NCBI GenBank assembly: GCA_937925925.1
Contig: CALANA010000114.1
Coordinates: forward strand, 185 to 64,184
DNA length: 64,000 nt
Source: an uncultured Chloroflexales bacterium
GTDB taxonomy: Bacteria > Chloroflexota > Chloroflexia > Chloroflexales > Chloroflexaceae
Direction: 5' to 3'
Shown one piece after another: positions 1 through 8,385 of this stretch; position 1 is the first letter of the stretch, and every line of letters begins with the position of its first letter. The notes under the pieces are model-generated. The model made no database searches and had not been told where the DNA came from. It worked only from the letters and a program-made list of their open reading frames with translations. Both the position numbers and the translations under genes were made by a program.

Positions 1-138
1 GTTGGCTTAGCTGCAATGATTGTTTGCCAGGCATTGGCATCAGCGTCAGATCTGCTTACGCTGGTGCTATTGTAGCATAAGCAGCAGCAAATGGTATAAC
101 AACCTATGTGGTGGTGCATCGACGTATCGTGTCAATAC

Positions 139-240
139 CAGGACTTACGCAGTGGGATCGCCCGGCTCGTGAACGGGCGGGCTATTCATTTCTGCCGCAG
201 GCGAACCCCATAGGGTGATGAACGACCGCGTACCGCGTGT
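139..240. mobile_element. MITE-B copy B1 (degenerate right end)
   Basis: ccaggacttacgcagtg...cgcccggctcgtgaacgggcggg...gaccgcgtaccgcgtg. Similar to B7. Confidence 0.5.
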
Positions 241-364
241 GCATGACACGGACATGCGAAATGGTCACGTCGAAACCGTATAACTTGTGTTATTGACAGG
301 GCGTACAATAAATACCAGGCCCCGGGTGCGACGCGGGACGCGGTACCCGACCTGGTCTACGTTG

Positions 365-3300
365 CTATGATCCCTGAACCAGCGGCAGATAGACCTGAAA
401 GAGCGATGCATTCGAGTTTACGCTGAATTGGAGTTCATAGATCGGCGACTCGTTTCCGGCCTGATCCACCGCCTGATAGCGCAGATGATAACGCCCATCG
501 ACCAGCCGTCCTAGACGGAGCATCTGCCCTGGATTCTCGATCCAGGTTTGACCATCCCAGGAATAGCGCAGCAAGGCGACGCCACTCCCGCCGAGATCGT
601 CCGCTGCCAGAGTCAGATCCGGGGTGCCGGTGAAGATCGAACCAATCCGCGGCGTATCATCAACGATGCCCGGCGGCGGCGTCATAAATGTGCTGCTTCC
701 CGGTAGTTGCACCGCGTAGCCCGCCGTTGCCAGACCAGTGCGCTCAAAATATTTGAAGCTAAGGACATGCAACCCGGCCTCGAGCGTCATGGTGCCGGTC
801 ACATCGGTCGTGCTGTGCAACCCATGGTTGACCACCACAGACTCACCGTTCACCCACAGCCACGAGCCATCATCACTGGTGGTGCGGAAAACATATTCAC
901 CAGCATGAGGTGCAAAGAAGAGGCGTGTCTGCTCGACCACAAAATTATCGGCCAGCCCCAGTGGCCCGCCATCGCCCCAATCCAGCGTGCTGCCATCCCA
1001 CGCAAAACTACCCACATACTCGCCGCGTGTAATCGACAGCGGATTGCGTGTGCGGGCTAGCAAGTTATCAGGAATCGCGCCCAGTGTGTAGACATGGGCT
1101 AGCGGTTGGAACTGTGCGTCATAGCTGATCGCAACCGGGGCCATGGTTTCGGGTGTGATGGTAATGGTCTGAATCGCCGCGTTCTGTACATGATAGCCCA
1201 CATATTCCTGAATAATACCGGCTTGCAGTGTTACCGAACCGGGTTGCCGAAACCGCACATAGCCCACAATGTCGCGCTCCTCGCCTGGTTCCAGCGTGCC
1301 ATTCAAGCCCCAACGCCAGGGATAGCCACCGGTATCGCCATCACATGCCAGTGTTCGATCGGTTGCGCCAAGCAGTATCCGAAAGCGATCCGTCTCTTTG
1401 GCATAGATCGGGTAATCTTGTCCAGTGGCACCCAGGAAGCATTCACCCTCATCATAGACATAGCCATTTGGTACATTAAACGTACCATCGGGGAAGGTGC
1501 CTGCCTGGGGTATCTGACCGTGGATGGGTACATCGCCCGCATTGCGCACGGTAAAGGTCACTTTGAGAACTTCTCCAACGGCAATCGTCGTGCGTTCATA
1601 GGCAACGTTCAGCAATTCGGCGCTGGCCGTATTCTGTTCGGGTACCCACTTGACGCTATCAAAAAAGATCACCCGGCGCTGGCTGAATGGCTCACCAGTG
1701 AGATCATCCAACTCCACCGCGCCTGCCGTGCCTTGCCGAAATTCGTACACACCCAGATCAACCCACTCTTCGGCGGTGTTGTGATCAACCACGCGCTGAA
1801 AGTCGCCAGCAGCGGAGTGGATGCGATAGGTCGCCTGGCGTGTGGCATAGGGTGCTGTTCCCAGGCCACAACCCTGCGGAATATGCGCAAAAATCCGGTA
1901 GCGTCCGCTGGCAGGAATCGTCGGGCGCCAGGTAGCACGGTTGGTGCTTTCCTGCGGGTTGTCGGTGGCATAGGTATAGAAGGTATGCCCACCATAGCCG
2001 CAACTGGCCGAGTACCAGTTGGCCTGGCTACGCGCAAAAGTATCCTCAAGTTCATCGATCAGCAAGTCGCCATTATCCGGCTGACCAGGAATGAAGCCCC
2101 CGGCCTGGATGCGGTTCTGGACGCGATTGCGAATCGCGGGCAGCAGGTTGACAAATTGATCGCCGGGACACGTCGTGTGGACGGGGGTTACGTGGCGGTG
2201 ACCAGCAATATTGGCAACCACTGCACCACGGTTGTAGGGACGGCAGTATTGTGAGATGTCGCAGCCATAGTAATAGGAACGTCCGAGTGGATCGATCCCT
2301 TTTTGTGCGGCTTTCCAGGCCAGCAGTGTCACCAGGCTGTCCTGCGATGCAGGTGACGGAGCAACATTGGTGTAGGTACCGATCACCACCACGCCCATTG
2401 AGCCATAGTTGCCTGTGTCATGAAACGCCACAGCGTCATCGCCACCGCTACGCCCTTCATAGATCACGCCATTCGGGTCGATCAAGAAGTTGTAGCCCAC
2501 ATCGCCCCAGCCACGGGTAAACGTATGAAACGACCAGATTGCCCGCACCCGATCCGACCAGCGTTGCTCGCTGCCTCGCAAACTGTTGGCGTCGGCCGTG
2601 TGGTGAACAACCATATGGCTGACCGGGTAGTAGACTGGACGCACACGGCTGCCCTGCCCATCCGGGTTGCCCCAGGCCGTCCGGCTGATCACTGATGGTT
2701 TACCGACCTGGGCCAGTTCTGCAACATTGCTCAGGCTGGCCTCGGTATCAGTATTCTGATCAGGATCAGCCAGGTCAAGCCGGGTATCAATCGGAACACC
2801 AGTGTCAGTGTCGGTGTCCCGATCAGGATCAGCCGGATCAGGGGGGGGATCAACCGGAACGTCGGTCTCGGTGTCCCGATCAGCGTCAGCCGGGCCAAAG
2901 CGTGCATCAACTGTATTGACTTCAATGCGCCGCAGATCCGGCAAGGTACCATCAGGCAGCAAGTGTAGCACCGCCCGAATCTGCCAGAAACGCGCATCGT
3001 CACCAGCATGGATGACCTGGCTCCAGTAGACCTGGTCGCCATCCTGAGGCACCCACAAATCAGGATCTTCCAATACTGGTCCCCAATCACTCCAGGACTG
3101 ATTATCAACACTGACCCGCACTTCGATTGTAATCGTGTTGGTCACGGGTGCCTGCGCTTCCCAGCGGAGCAACATATGGGTGAAGGGCTGATTGGCTTCC
3201 ATTACCGGCGATAGATAGGTGTTGCCAATACTACGCAAAGCTGGCTCCTCCTCGTTCTCATCAGGAGCCACTACGAGTATCGTTTGTTCAGGACGACCGG

Positions 3301-3415
3301 TCTCTTGATCGGCCATTGCCAGTGTGTTATGAGTGTTAGCTGCCAGCACGAAGGCGAGGGTGATGCTGAAACCGGCCAGAATGCTCAGACGCAAGATTTG
3401 TCGAACCACGGACAC
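365..3415 (-). CDS. Secreted cell-wall amidase: N-acetylmuramoyl-L-alanine amidase (Amidase_2/PGRP-like) with C-terminal PA14-like domain
   Basis: 1016-aa ORF with an N-terminal hydrophobic signal-like segment. Amidase_2 motifs VVHHTA and GWGDVGYNFLIDPNGVIYEGRSGG. Acidic D/T/P-rich linker. C-terminal GEYVFRTTSDDGSWLWVNG PA14-like motif. Confidence 0.8.
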   Translation of the reverse strand: MSVVRQILRLSILAGFSITLAFVLAANTHNTLAMADQETGRPEQTILVVAPDENEEEPALRSIGNTYLSPVMEANQPFTHMLLRWEAQAPVTNTITIEVRVSVDNQSWSDWGPVLEDPDLWVPQDGDQVYWSQVIHAGDDARFWQIRAVLHLLPDGTLPDLRRIEVNTVDARFGPADADRDTETDVPVDPPPDPADPDRDTDTDTGVPIDTRLDLADPDQNTDTEASLSNVAELAQVGKPSVISRTAWGNPDGQGSRVRPVYYPVSHMVVHHTADANSLRGSEQRWSDRVRAIWSFHTFTRGWGDVGYNFLIDPNGVIYEGRSGGDDAVAFHDTGNYGSMGVVVIGTYTNVAPSPASQDSLVTLLAWKAAQKGIDPLGRSYYYGCDISQYCRPYNRGAVVANIAGHRHVTPVHTTCPGDQFVNLLPAIRNRVQNRIQAGGFIPGQPDNGDLLIDELEDTFARSQANWYSASCGYGGHTFYTYATDNPQESTNRATWRPTIPASGRYRIFAHIPQGCGLGTAPYATRQATYRIHSAAGDFQRVVDHNTAEEWVDLGVYEFRQGTAGAVELDDLTGEPFSQRRVIFFDSVKWVPEQNTASAELLNVAYERTTIAVGEVLKVTFTVRNAGDVPIHGQIPQAGTFPDGTFNVPNGYVYDEGECFLGATGQDYPIYAKETDRFRILLGATDRTLACDGDTGGYPWRWGLNGTLEPGEERDIVGYVRFRQPGSVTLQAGIIQEYVGYHVQNAAIQTITITPETMAPVAISYDAQFQPLAHVYTLGAIPDNLLARTRNPLSITRGEYVGSFAWDGSTLDWGDGGPLGLADNFVVEQTRLFFAPHAGEYVFRTTSDDGSWLWVNGESVVVNHGLHSTTDVTGTMTLEAGLHVLSFKYFERTGLATAGYAVQLPGSSTFMTPPPGIVDDTPRIGSIFTGTPDLTLAADDLGGSGVALLRYSWDGQTWIENPGQMLRLGRLVDGRYHLRYQAVDQAGNESPIYELQFSVNSNASLFQVYLPLVQGS

Positions 3416-3529
3416 TTCGCTTTCTCCATATATCAGAATCGATGAATATGTACAAAATTCTTCGTCATATGTACGAGAAAACGGTTTGAAATTGACCCTT
3501 TCGGCTGATATGTTGCTGATGAGTAAATG

Positions 3530-3670
3530 ACAGGATGTATGCGGTGGTATGGTCAGTTCGTCTTCTTTCGCCTGTGGCAGCGTGGAAACGTTGGAACGTT
3601 GGAACGTTGGAACATTCCGCTCTACCGAAGGTCAAAACTATATGATGATAGACGACCGCGTATGTCCTGT
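3530..3670. mobile_element. MITE-B copy B2 with 5-bp TSD aaatg
   Basis: TIRs acaggatgtatgcggt / accgcgtatgtcctgt. aaatg at 3525-3529 and 3671-3675. Internal 8-bp ggaacgtt x4 at 3584-3616. Confidence 0.85.
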
Positions 3671-3769
3671 AAATGAACGGGAGCTGAAGGCAACCTCGTT
3701 TCTGCCCGGCATTATGGTATAATGATGACGCTGATGGGGTGTGTCTAGTAAGCATTATCTGCAAGGTCA

Positions 3770-4417
3770 TTGATGATCATCAACAACACCATTTCGACAT
3801 CTGCGGCGCGGCACTTCTATAACTGGTGGGCCTCCTGGCAAACCTGGGTAGACTACAGCGAGAGTCGTGCCCGGAAACGCGCCCTGGATTTATTGGCACC
3901 AGCCTCTGGTCAGCGCATACTCAACGCTGGTGTAGGCACTGGTCAGACACAGGCACATCTACAGGCAGCCGTGACACCCGCTGGTATGGTTGTAGGATTG
4001 GATCTCTCACCAGTGATGCTGCATCACACTCGCGTTCGTCTCCATACCCCGCTCTGTGAGGCCGATGTGCGCCATTTACCTTTCGCCCCGGCCAGTTTTG
4101 ACGGCGTTTTTTCTAGCTTCGTGCTTGACCTGCTTCCTTTTGACGATCTGGCAGGGTTGCTGCAAGATTTTCAACGTGTTCTCAAACCCGGTGGACGGAT
4201 CGTGCTGGTCTCGCTCACAGAAGGGATTAATGCCGCCAGCCGCCTGTCCATGGCTCTCTGGAAGCTGGTTTATCGTGTTAGCCCGATCGCCTGTGGTGGA
4301 TGCCGCCCGGTGCAACTGGCCGCACTGGTGAGCCAGGCCGGCTTTTGCCAGATCGTGCGCGAGGTGGTGGTACAACTGGGCATGCCCAGCGAGATCGTGG
4401 CCGCAACCCGTTGTTAG
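3770..4417 (+). CDS. Class I SAM-dependent methyltransferase
   Basis: 215 aa. Motif I ILNAGVGTGQ. Post-I acidic residue. LKPGGRIVLVS motif. Confidence 0.8.
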   Translation: MMIINNTISTSAARHFYNWWASWQTWVDYSESRARKRALDLLAPASGQRILNAGVGTGQTQAHLQAAVTPAGMVVGLDLSPVMLHHTRVRLHTPLCEADVRHLPFAPASFDGVFSSFVLDLLPFDDLAGLLQDFQRVLKPGGRIVLVSLTEGINAASRLSMALWKLVYRVSPIACGGCRPVQLAALVSQAGFCQIVREVVVQLGMPSEIVAATRC

Positions 4418-4424
4418 CGCCATT

Positions 4425-4460
4425 GCGTCACTCCTATAGCAAGCTTACATCATTGTGAAG
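4425..4460. repeat. Solo duplicate of the MITE-A left end
   Basis: gcgtcactcctatagcaagcttacatca(t)tgtgaag repeats the 4496-4532 sequence. Confidence 0.8.
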
Positions 4461-4505
4461 TTTCATGCGGTTTCGCCGACCTACGCCGCGTGGCGGCGTC
4501 ACTCC

Positions 4506-4618
4506 TATAGCAAGCTTACATCAGTTGTGAAGAATTGGAGTCCAGGCTTTAGCCTGGGGCTAGCTCCGTCCAGCGTCAAGCCTGGAATCTGGTGTACAAT
4601 TGGTATAGGCCTGCTAGA
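4506..4618. mobile_element. MITE-A copy A1
   Basis: TIRs tatagcaagcttacatcagttgtgaag / tgtacaattggtataggcctgcta. Internal gtccaggc...gcctgga hairpins. Confidence 0.8.
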
Positions 4619-4620
4619 AT
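4593..4620 (+). promoter_or_regulatory. MITE-A1-borne outward promoter-like site TGTACA-N16-TAGAAT
   Basis: -35 at 4593-4598 and -10 at 4615-4620. The lipoprotein gene ATG is at 4635. Confidence 0.4.
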
Positions 4621-4634
4621 ATTGAGCCATAGAG

Positions 4635-6059
4635 ATGAGAGAAACGACCGGTATTCACCGCTACCCGGCTGTGCCACGCTACTGGTGGCTGCTGCTCGTG
4701 TGTTTGTTGCTCCTGTCCGCCTGCACTGCCCCCGCCGATGGGCCAGATGCCAATCCGGTGGTTGGTGTAGACGATACGCACACACCCCTGCCAACGCTCG
4801 CGCCATGGACGCCCGTGCCCCAGACGCCCGTGCCGCAAGCGACTGCCACCATTGCTCCGTCACCCACGTCCCCACTGATGGCAACCTGGACGGCAGAACT
4901 GGAAGCGACCGTGAGCGCGGGCCGGCCACATCTGTCAACACCAGTCCTGACTGGTATGCCCTCATCTGGCGGTATTGATGGAGTCCAGGTGCTGCCCGTT
5001 CCATCTACAGGCAATGTTTCCCCGGCCTGGATCGTCCATACGCACGGCATGCGTGCCTTTGACTCTGCTGAGGATCACTACGTCGCCATCTACACCCGCA
5101 CTGGTGATACCTGGCAAGAGGCCTCGCGCTTTACCCTGTCTACCGCTGATTATCTCGATGTCCAGGGTGTTTCTGTGGCACACCTCGGTTCAGACGATTT
5201 TATCTGGATCGCGGTCGAAAGCGGGGTGGGCGCTCACGGGGGATGTTTTGACGTGCTGCGCTTTGACGGTCAGAGCCTCTTCAGCGATGCCGCCAGTTGC
5301 AACACCAGCCCCGGCGCGGGTGAAATCCGTGATCTGACCGGCGATGGCACGGCGACCGAGGTCGTTCTGAACGAGAGCGACAACTATGTCTTCTGTTATG
5401 CCTGTGGTGTGCGGCTGAAGCAGTTCAGGGTATTGCGCTGGAACGGAGCCGAAATGGTAGAAGTACAACTCCAGACCTTGCCTGAATCTGCGCCAGAGGC
5501 GGTACGCACACTGAACAACCGTGCCGTTGAACTGGCCCAGGCCGGGTTATGGAAGGATGCGCAGCAGACGATTGCAACCGTTCCGCAGCCGATTACCGAC
5601 GAAACAGTGGCCTGGAATATGCGGCTCATTGAGTTGCATGCCGCAGCTCGTGCCGATCAAGTGCAGCATGGAACCTATCCATTGCTGGAGCAGATCTTCT
5701 ATGGCGATTATACGGCGGCGCTGGAGGTTATGCGTTCATTCACGGTTGCAGAACTGTTTGCCTTCCCCAATCCGCTGATTAGTGACACGGTTGCCGAGGG
5801 CTGGGAAGGTGAGCTATCAGCCTGGATCGTGAACACAACCCTGCTGGCAATTCAGGCCCAACCCGATCTCGCCGCCGCCTTCTTTCTGCGCGGTTGGGCC
5901 ATTTATCTGCTTGACCCACGCGACCCGGCGGTTCTGGACAATCTCAAGCGGGCCGCACTGATCGATCCCCGCGAGCCACTCTTCCGCGACAGTGTGGCCT
6001 ATCTCGAAGAACGCCGCCGCACCGATGATGGGTTGCCGCCCATACCAGAGGACAGGTGA
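4635..6059 (+). CDS. Putative lipoprotein/secreted protein of unknown function (FG-GAP-like DLTGDG motif, helical C-terminal half)
   Basis: 474 aa. Signal peptide with lipobox-like LLLSAC. Pro/Thr-rich linker. No enzyme motif recognised. Confidence 0.6.
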   Translation: MRETTGIHRYPAVPRYWWLLLVCLLLLSACTAPADGPDANPVVGVDDTHTPLPTLAPWTPVPQTPVPQATATIAPSPTSPLMATWTAELEATVSAGRPHLSTPVLTGMPSSGGIDGVQVLPVPSTGNVSPAWIVHTHGMRAFDSAEDHYVAIYTRTGDTWQEASRFTLSTADYLDVQGVSVAHLGSDDFIWIAVESGVGAHGGCFDVLRFDGQSLFSDAASCNTSPGAGEIRDLTGDGTATEVVLNESDNYVFCYACGVRLKQFRVLRWNGAEMVEVQLQTLPESAPEAVRTLNNRAVELAQAGLWKDAQQTIATVPQPITDETVAWNMRLIELHAAARADQVQHGTYPLLEQIFYGDYTAALEVMRSFTVAELFAFPNPLISDTVAEGWEGELSAWIVNTTLLAIQAQPDLAAAFFLRGWAIYLLDPRDPAVLDNLKRAALIDPREPLFRDSVAYLEERRRTDDGLPPIPEDR

Positions 6060-6117
6060 CGGCACGACGCTGGTAATACCAGCATGGACGTAGGACTGCA
6101 TCCATGATAACAAAGAA

Positions 6118-6248
6118 GCACGACGTACGCAGTCGCGTGGTAACTGTTCATCCTCAAGGGAACATGCCCGCGCTCCCAGCCACAAGAGAAGGTACGGCTC
6201 TGCTGCAGATGGAAAGGCGAACAATCGCTACTGCCACGCACCTCCTGT
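6118..6248. mobile_element. MITE-B copy B14 (diverged)
   Basis: gcacgacgtacgcagtcgc ... ggtacggctctgctgcag..ggaaaggcga ... ctgccacgcacctcctgt. Confidence 0.55.
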
Positions 6249-6270
6249 AATATGAGGCCATAAAGTAAGT

Positions 6271-6984
6271 ATGGATCGTTCGCTGGACATTCTCGCCAAT
6301 ACGACCGCTGACTGGGGCATGCCGCTCACAGAGGCGCAACTGGCCCAGTTTGCGCTGTATGCCGACACCTTGCGCCAGTGGAACGAACACCTGAATCTCA
6401 CCGCTATTACCGACTACAAAGCAATCATGGTGCGCCACTTTCTCGACGCATTGCGCTGTGCCCGGAGTTGGGGCAACCCACCATGTAGCTTGATCGACAT
6501 CGGCAGCGGTGCGGGACTGCCCGGACTCCCGCTCAAACTGCTATGTCCCTCTCTGGAGCTAACGCTGGTTGAGTCGGTCGGCAAGAAAGCTGCCTTTCTA
6601 CAACATATGGTTGATCGGCTGAGCTTATCGGCGGTAACAATCCTTCCTCAACGCGCCGAAGTCGTTGGACAGGATGCGCGCCACCGTGAGCGTTATGACG
6701 TGGCAACCGCACGCGCCGTCGCCCCATTAAACGTGCTGGCCGAGTATTGTCTGCCACTTCTCCAAATTGGTGGGCGCTTCCTGGCTCCGAAAGGGGCCGA
6801 CATTGCCGCCGAAATTGACCGCGCCCGGTTTGCCCTGACCACGCTCGGCGGACAACTGCTGGCCGTGGAGCCGGTTCACCTACCAGGCCTGGAGCCACGC
6901 ACGCTGGTCATTGTAGAAAAAATAGCCCCTACCCCACCACTCTACCCACGTGCCACCGGAGTGCCCGCCCGCCGCCCACTCTAA
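6271..6984 (+). CDS. rsmG: 16S rRNA (guanine527-N7)-methyltransferase RsmG (GidB)
   Basis: NLTAI...RHFLDAL, DIGSGAGLPGLPLK, ESVGKKAAFL and RAE...ARAVAPL motifs, all typical of RsmG. Confidence 0.9.
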   Translation: MDRSLDILANTTADWGMPLTEAQLAQFALYADTLRQWNEHLNLTAITDYKAIMVRHFLDALRCARSWGNPPCSLIDIGSGAGLPGLPLKLLCPSLELTLVESVGKKAAFLQHMVDRLSLSAVTILPQRAEVVGQDARHRERYDVATARAVAPLNVLAEYCLPLLQIGGRFLAPKGADIAAEIDRARFALTTLGGQLLAVEPVHLPGLEPRTLVIVEKIAPTPPLYPRATGVPARRPL

Positions 6985-7052
6985 GCGGTAACAAAAAAAT
7001 CATCTCTTCCGTATTATTTGTATAACTGGAAATATTTTGCTAGAATGAGTTA

Positions 7053-7290
7053 TACCAATTTGACGTAGCCATTCTGCATCCGTTGGTTCGTCTGACGCTT
7101 ACTCCTACGGCAACGAGATGCCCCCTGGAAAAAGCTGTCGCGGGGCGGAGAGGCGTTGCATGCAACGCCCCTCCGCCGCCCCCCTGTGGGGGGGTGCGGG
7201 GGCCGCAGGCCCCCCCGCACCCCCGCCGCGACGCCGGTGCATTGGAGGACACATGGCACGACCATGCGGAAGGGCCACGGCGAAACGGTA
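7053..7290. mobile_element. MITE-C copy C1, 3-bp TSD tta
   Basis: TIRs taccaatttgacgtagccattctgcatcc / catgcggaagggccacggcgaaacggta. tta at 7050-7052 and 7291-7293. Cores ggcgttgcatgcaacgcc and gcgggggccgcaggccccc. Confidence 0.9.
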
Positions 7291-7327
7291 TTATCCACAA
7301 AAGCAGCCGTGCTTGTTGCGCCAGATT

Positions 7328-7355
7328 TTGACCGTAGGAGCCTCAAGCATAGTAT
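7328..7355 (+). promoter_or_regulatory. Putative sigma70-type promoter of pspA (TTGACC-N16-TAGTAT)
   Basis: -35 at 7328-7333 and -10 at 7350-7355. AGGAGG Shine-Dalgarno at 7361-7366. ATG at 7375. Confidence 0.45.
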
Positions 7356-7374
7356 CCACAAGGAGGAGTCGAGC

Positions 7375-8040
7375 ATGTCAATCCTGGGACGTATCCGTGA
7401 TCTGATTGGGGCCAACGTGAATGCTGCCTTGGACAAGGCAGAGGATCCTGAAAAAATGGCAAACGAATATCTGCGGCAGTTAAGTGATGAATATTACGAT
7501 GCTAAAACAAATGTAGCCGCAGCAATGGCCGATGAAACCAGACTGCAGCAGCGGATGATCCAGCATCAGGGCGAAGCGGATCAATGGCAGAGCAAGGCCG
7601 AGGCTGCACTGCGTGCTGGTGATGAAGAACTGGCAAAAGCTGCTCTGGGGCGCAAAGTTCAGGCCCAGAAGCTGGCGGATCAATATAAAGCCCAGTATGA
7701 AGCGCAGTCGTCCCAGGTCGATCAGCTCCAGGAAGCGCTGGCCCAGCTAGAGACACGCATTGCTGAAACGAAGGCACAGAAAGATCTGATTATTGCCAAG
7801 AAAAACCGTGCCCAGACCCAGGAGACCATCCAGTCTACAATCAAGGGGTTAAGTGGGTCGAGCGTAGGTGATAAGCTGGATCGGCTCGAAGACAAAGTGG
7901 ATGATCGCCTGGCCCAGGCCAATGCAATGGCCCAGTTGGAGAGCGGTTCGCTAGAGAATCGCTTCCGCGAATTGGAGAAGGCCAGCGAACTTGACTCGGA
8001 ACTGGCCGAACTGAAGCGCAAGATGGGTATGGACAGCTAA
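7375..8040 (+). CDS. pspA: PspA/IM30 family membrane-stress protein
   Basis: N-terminus MSILGRIRDLIGANVNAALDKAEDPEKM is classic PspA, and the rest is coiled-coil. Start chosen at the ATG preceded by AGGAGG. The longer ORF from 7156 reads through a MITE. Confidence 0.9.
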   Translation: MSILGRIRDLIGANVNAALDKAEDPEKMANEYLRQLSDEYYDAKTNVAAAMADETRLQQRMIQHQGEADQWQSKAEAALRAGDEELAKAALGRKVQAQKLADQYKAQYEAQSSQVDQLQEALAQLETRIAETKAQKDLIIAKKNRAQTQETIQSTIKGLSGSSVGDKLDRLEDKVDDRLAQANAMAQLESGSLENRFRELEKASELDSELAELKRKMGMDS

Positions 8041-8083
8041 GACAAGACGTTCCTATGTGTAAAAGCATGCCCGTGTCTCAATA

Positions 8084-8265
8084 CCAGGAGCTACGTGATC
8101 CCGTGGACTAGACGTTCCTTCGACTACGCTCAGAGCTTGCCCTGAGCGCAGTCGAACGGGACAAGCTTTTTCGTCTGCGGAGCCTGGAAGCGACCCGTTA
8201 CAGCAAAAGTATCGCTCTGCCGAAGGCGAAAAGACTAGCTGATCATACCACCGCGTAGCTCGTGT
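8084..8265. mobile_element. MITE-B copy B3
   Basis: accaggagctacgtg ... ttcgactacgctcagagcttgccctgagcgcagtcgaa ... cgctctgccgaaggcgaaaag ... accaccgcgtagctcgtgt. Confidence 0.75.
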
Positions 8266-8272
8266 CAATGAT

Positions 8273-8383
8273 CTAGCAATCCTAAATGAGTTGTGAAGAC
8301 CGGAGTCCAGGATTGACGCTGGTCTTGCTCCGTCCAGGCTGAAGCCGCGACTCCACGGTGACCATGACCATAGGATCGCTATA
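8273..8383. mobile_element. MITE-A copy A2
   Basis: ctagcaatcctaaatgagttgtgaagaccggagtccagg ... ccataggatcgctata. It ends 2 nt from the aminotransferase stop codon. Confidence 0.8.
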
Positions 8384-8385
8384 AG

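Noticed and set aside
1106-2254. A 382-aa plus-strand ORF
   Set aside because: It is entirely antisense to the well-supported amidase gene and has no motifs, so it is a typical shadow ORF in GC-rich DNA.
7156-7374. An N-terminal 73-aa extension of the PspA ORF
   Set aside because: The extension is translated MITE-C sequence (Pro/Arg/Gly-rich). A canonical AGGAGG SD and the conserved PspA N-terminus begin at 7375.
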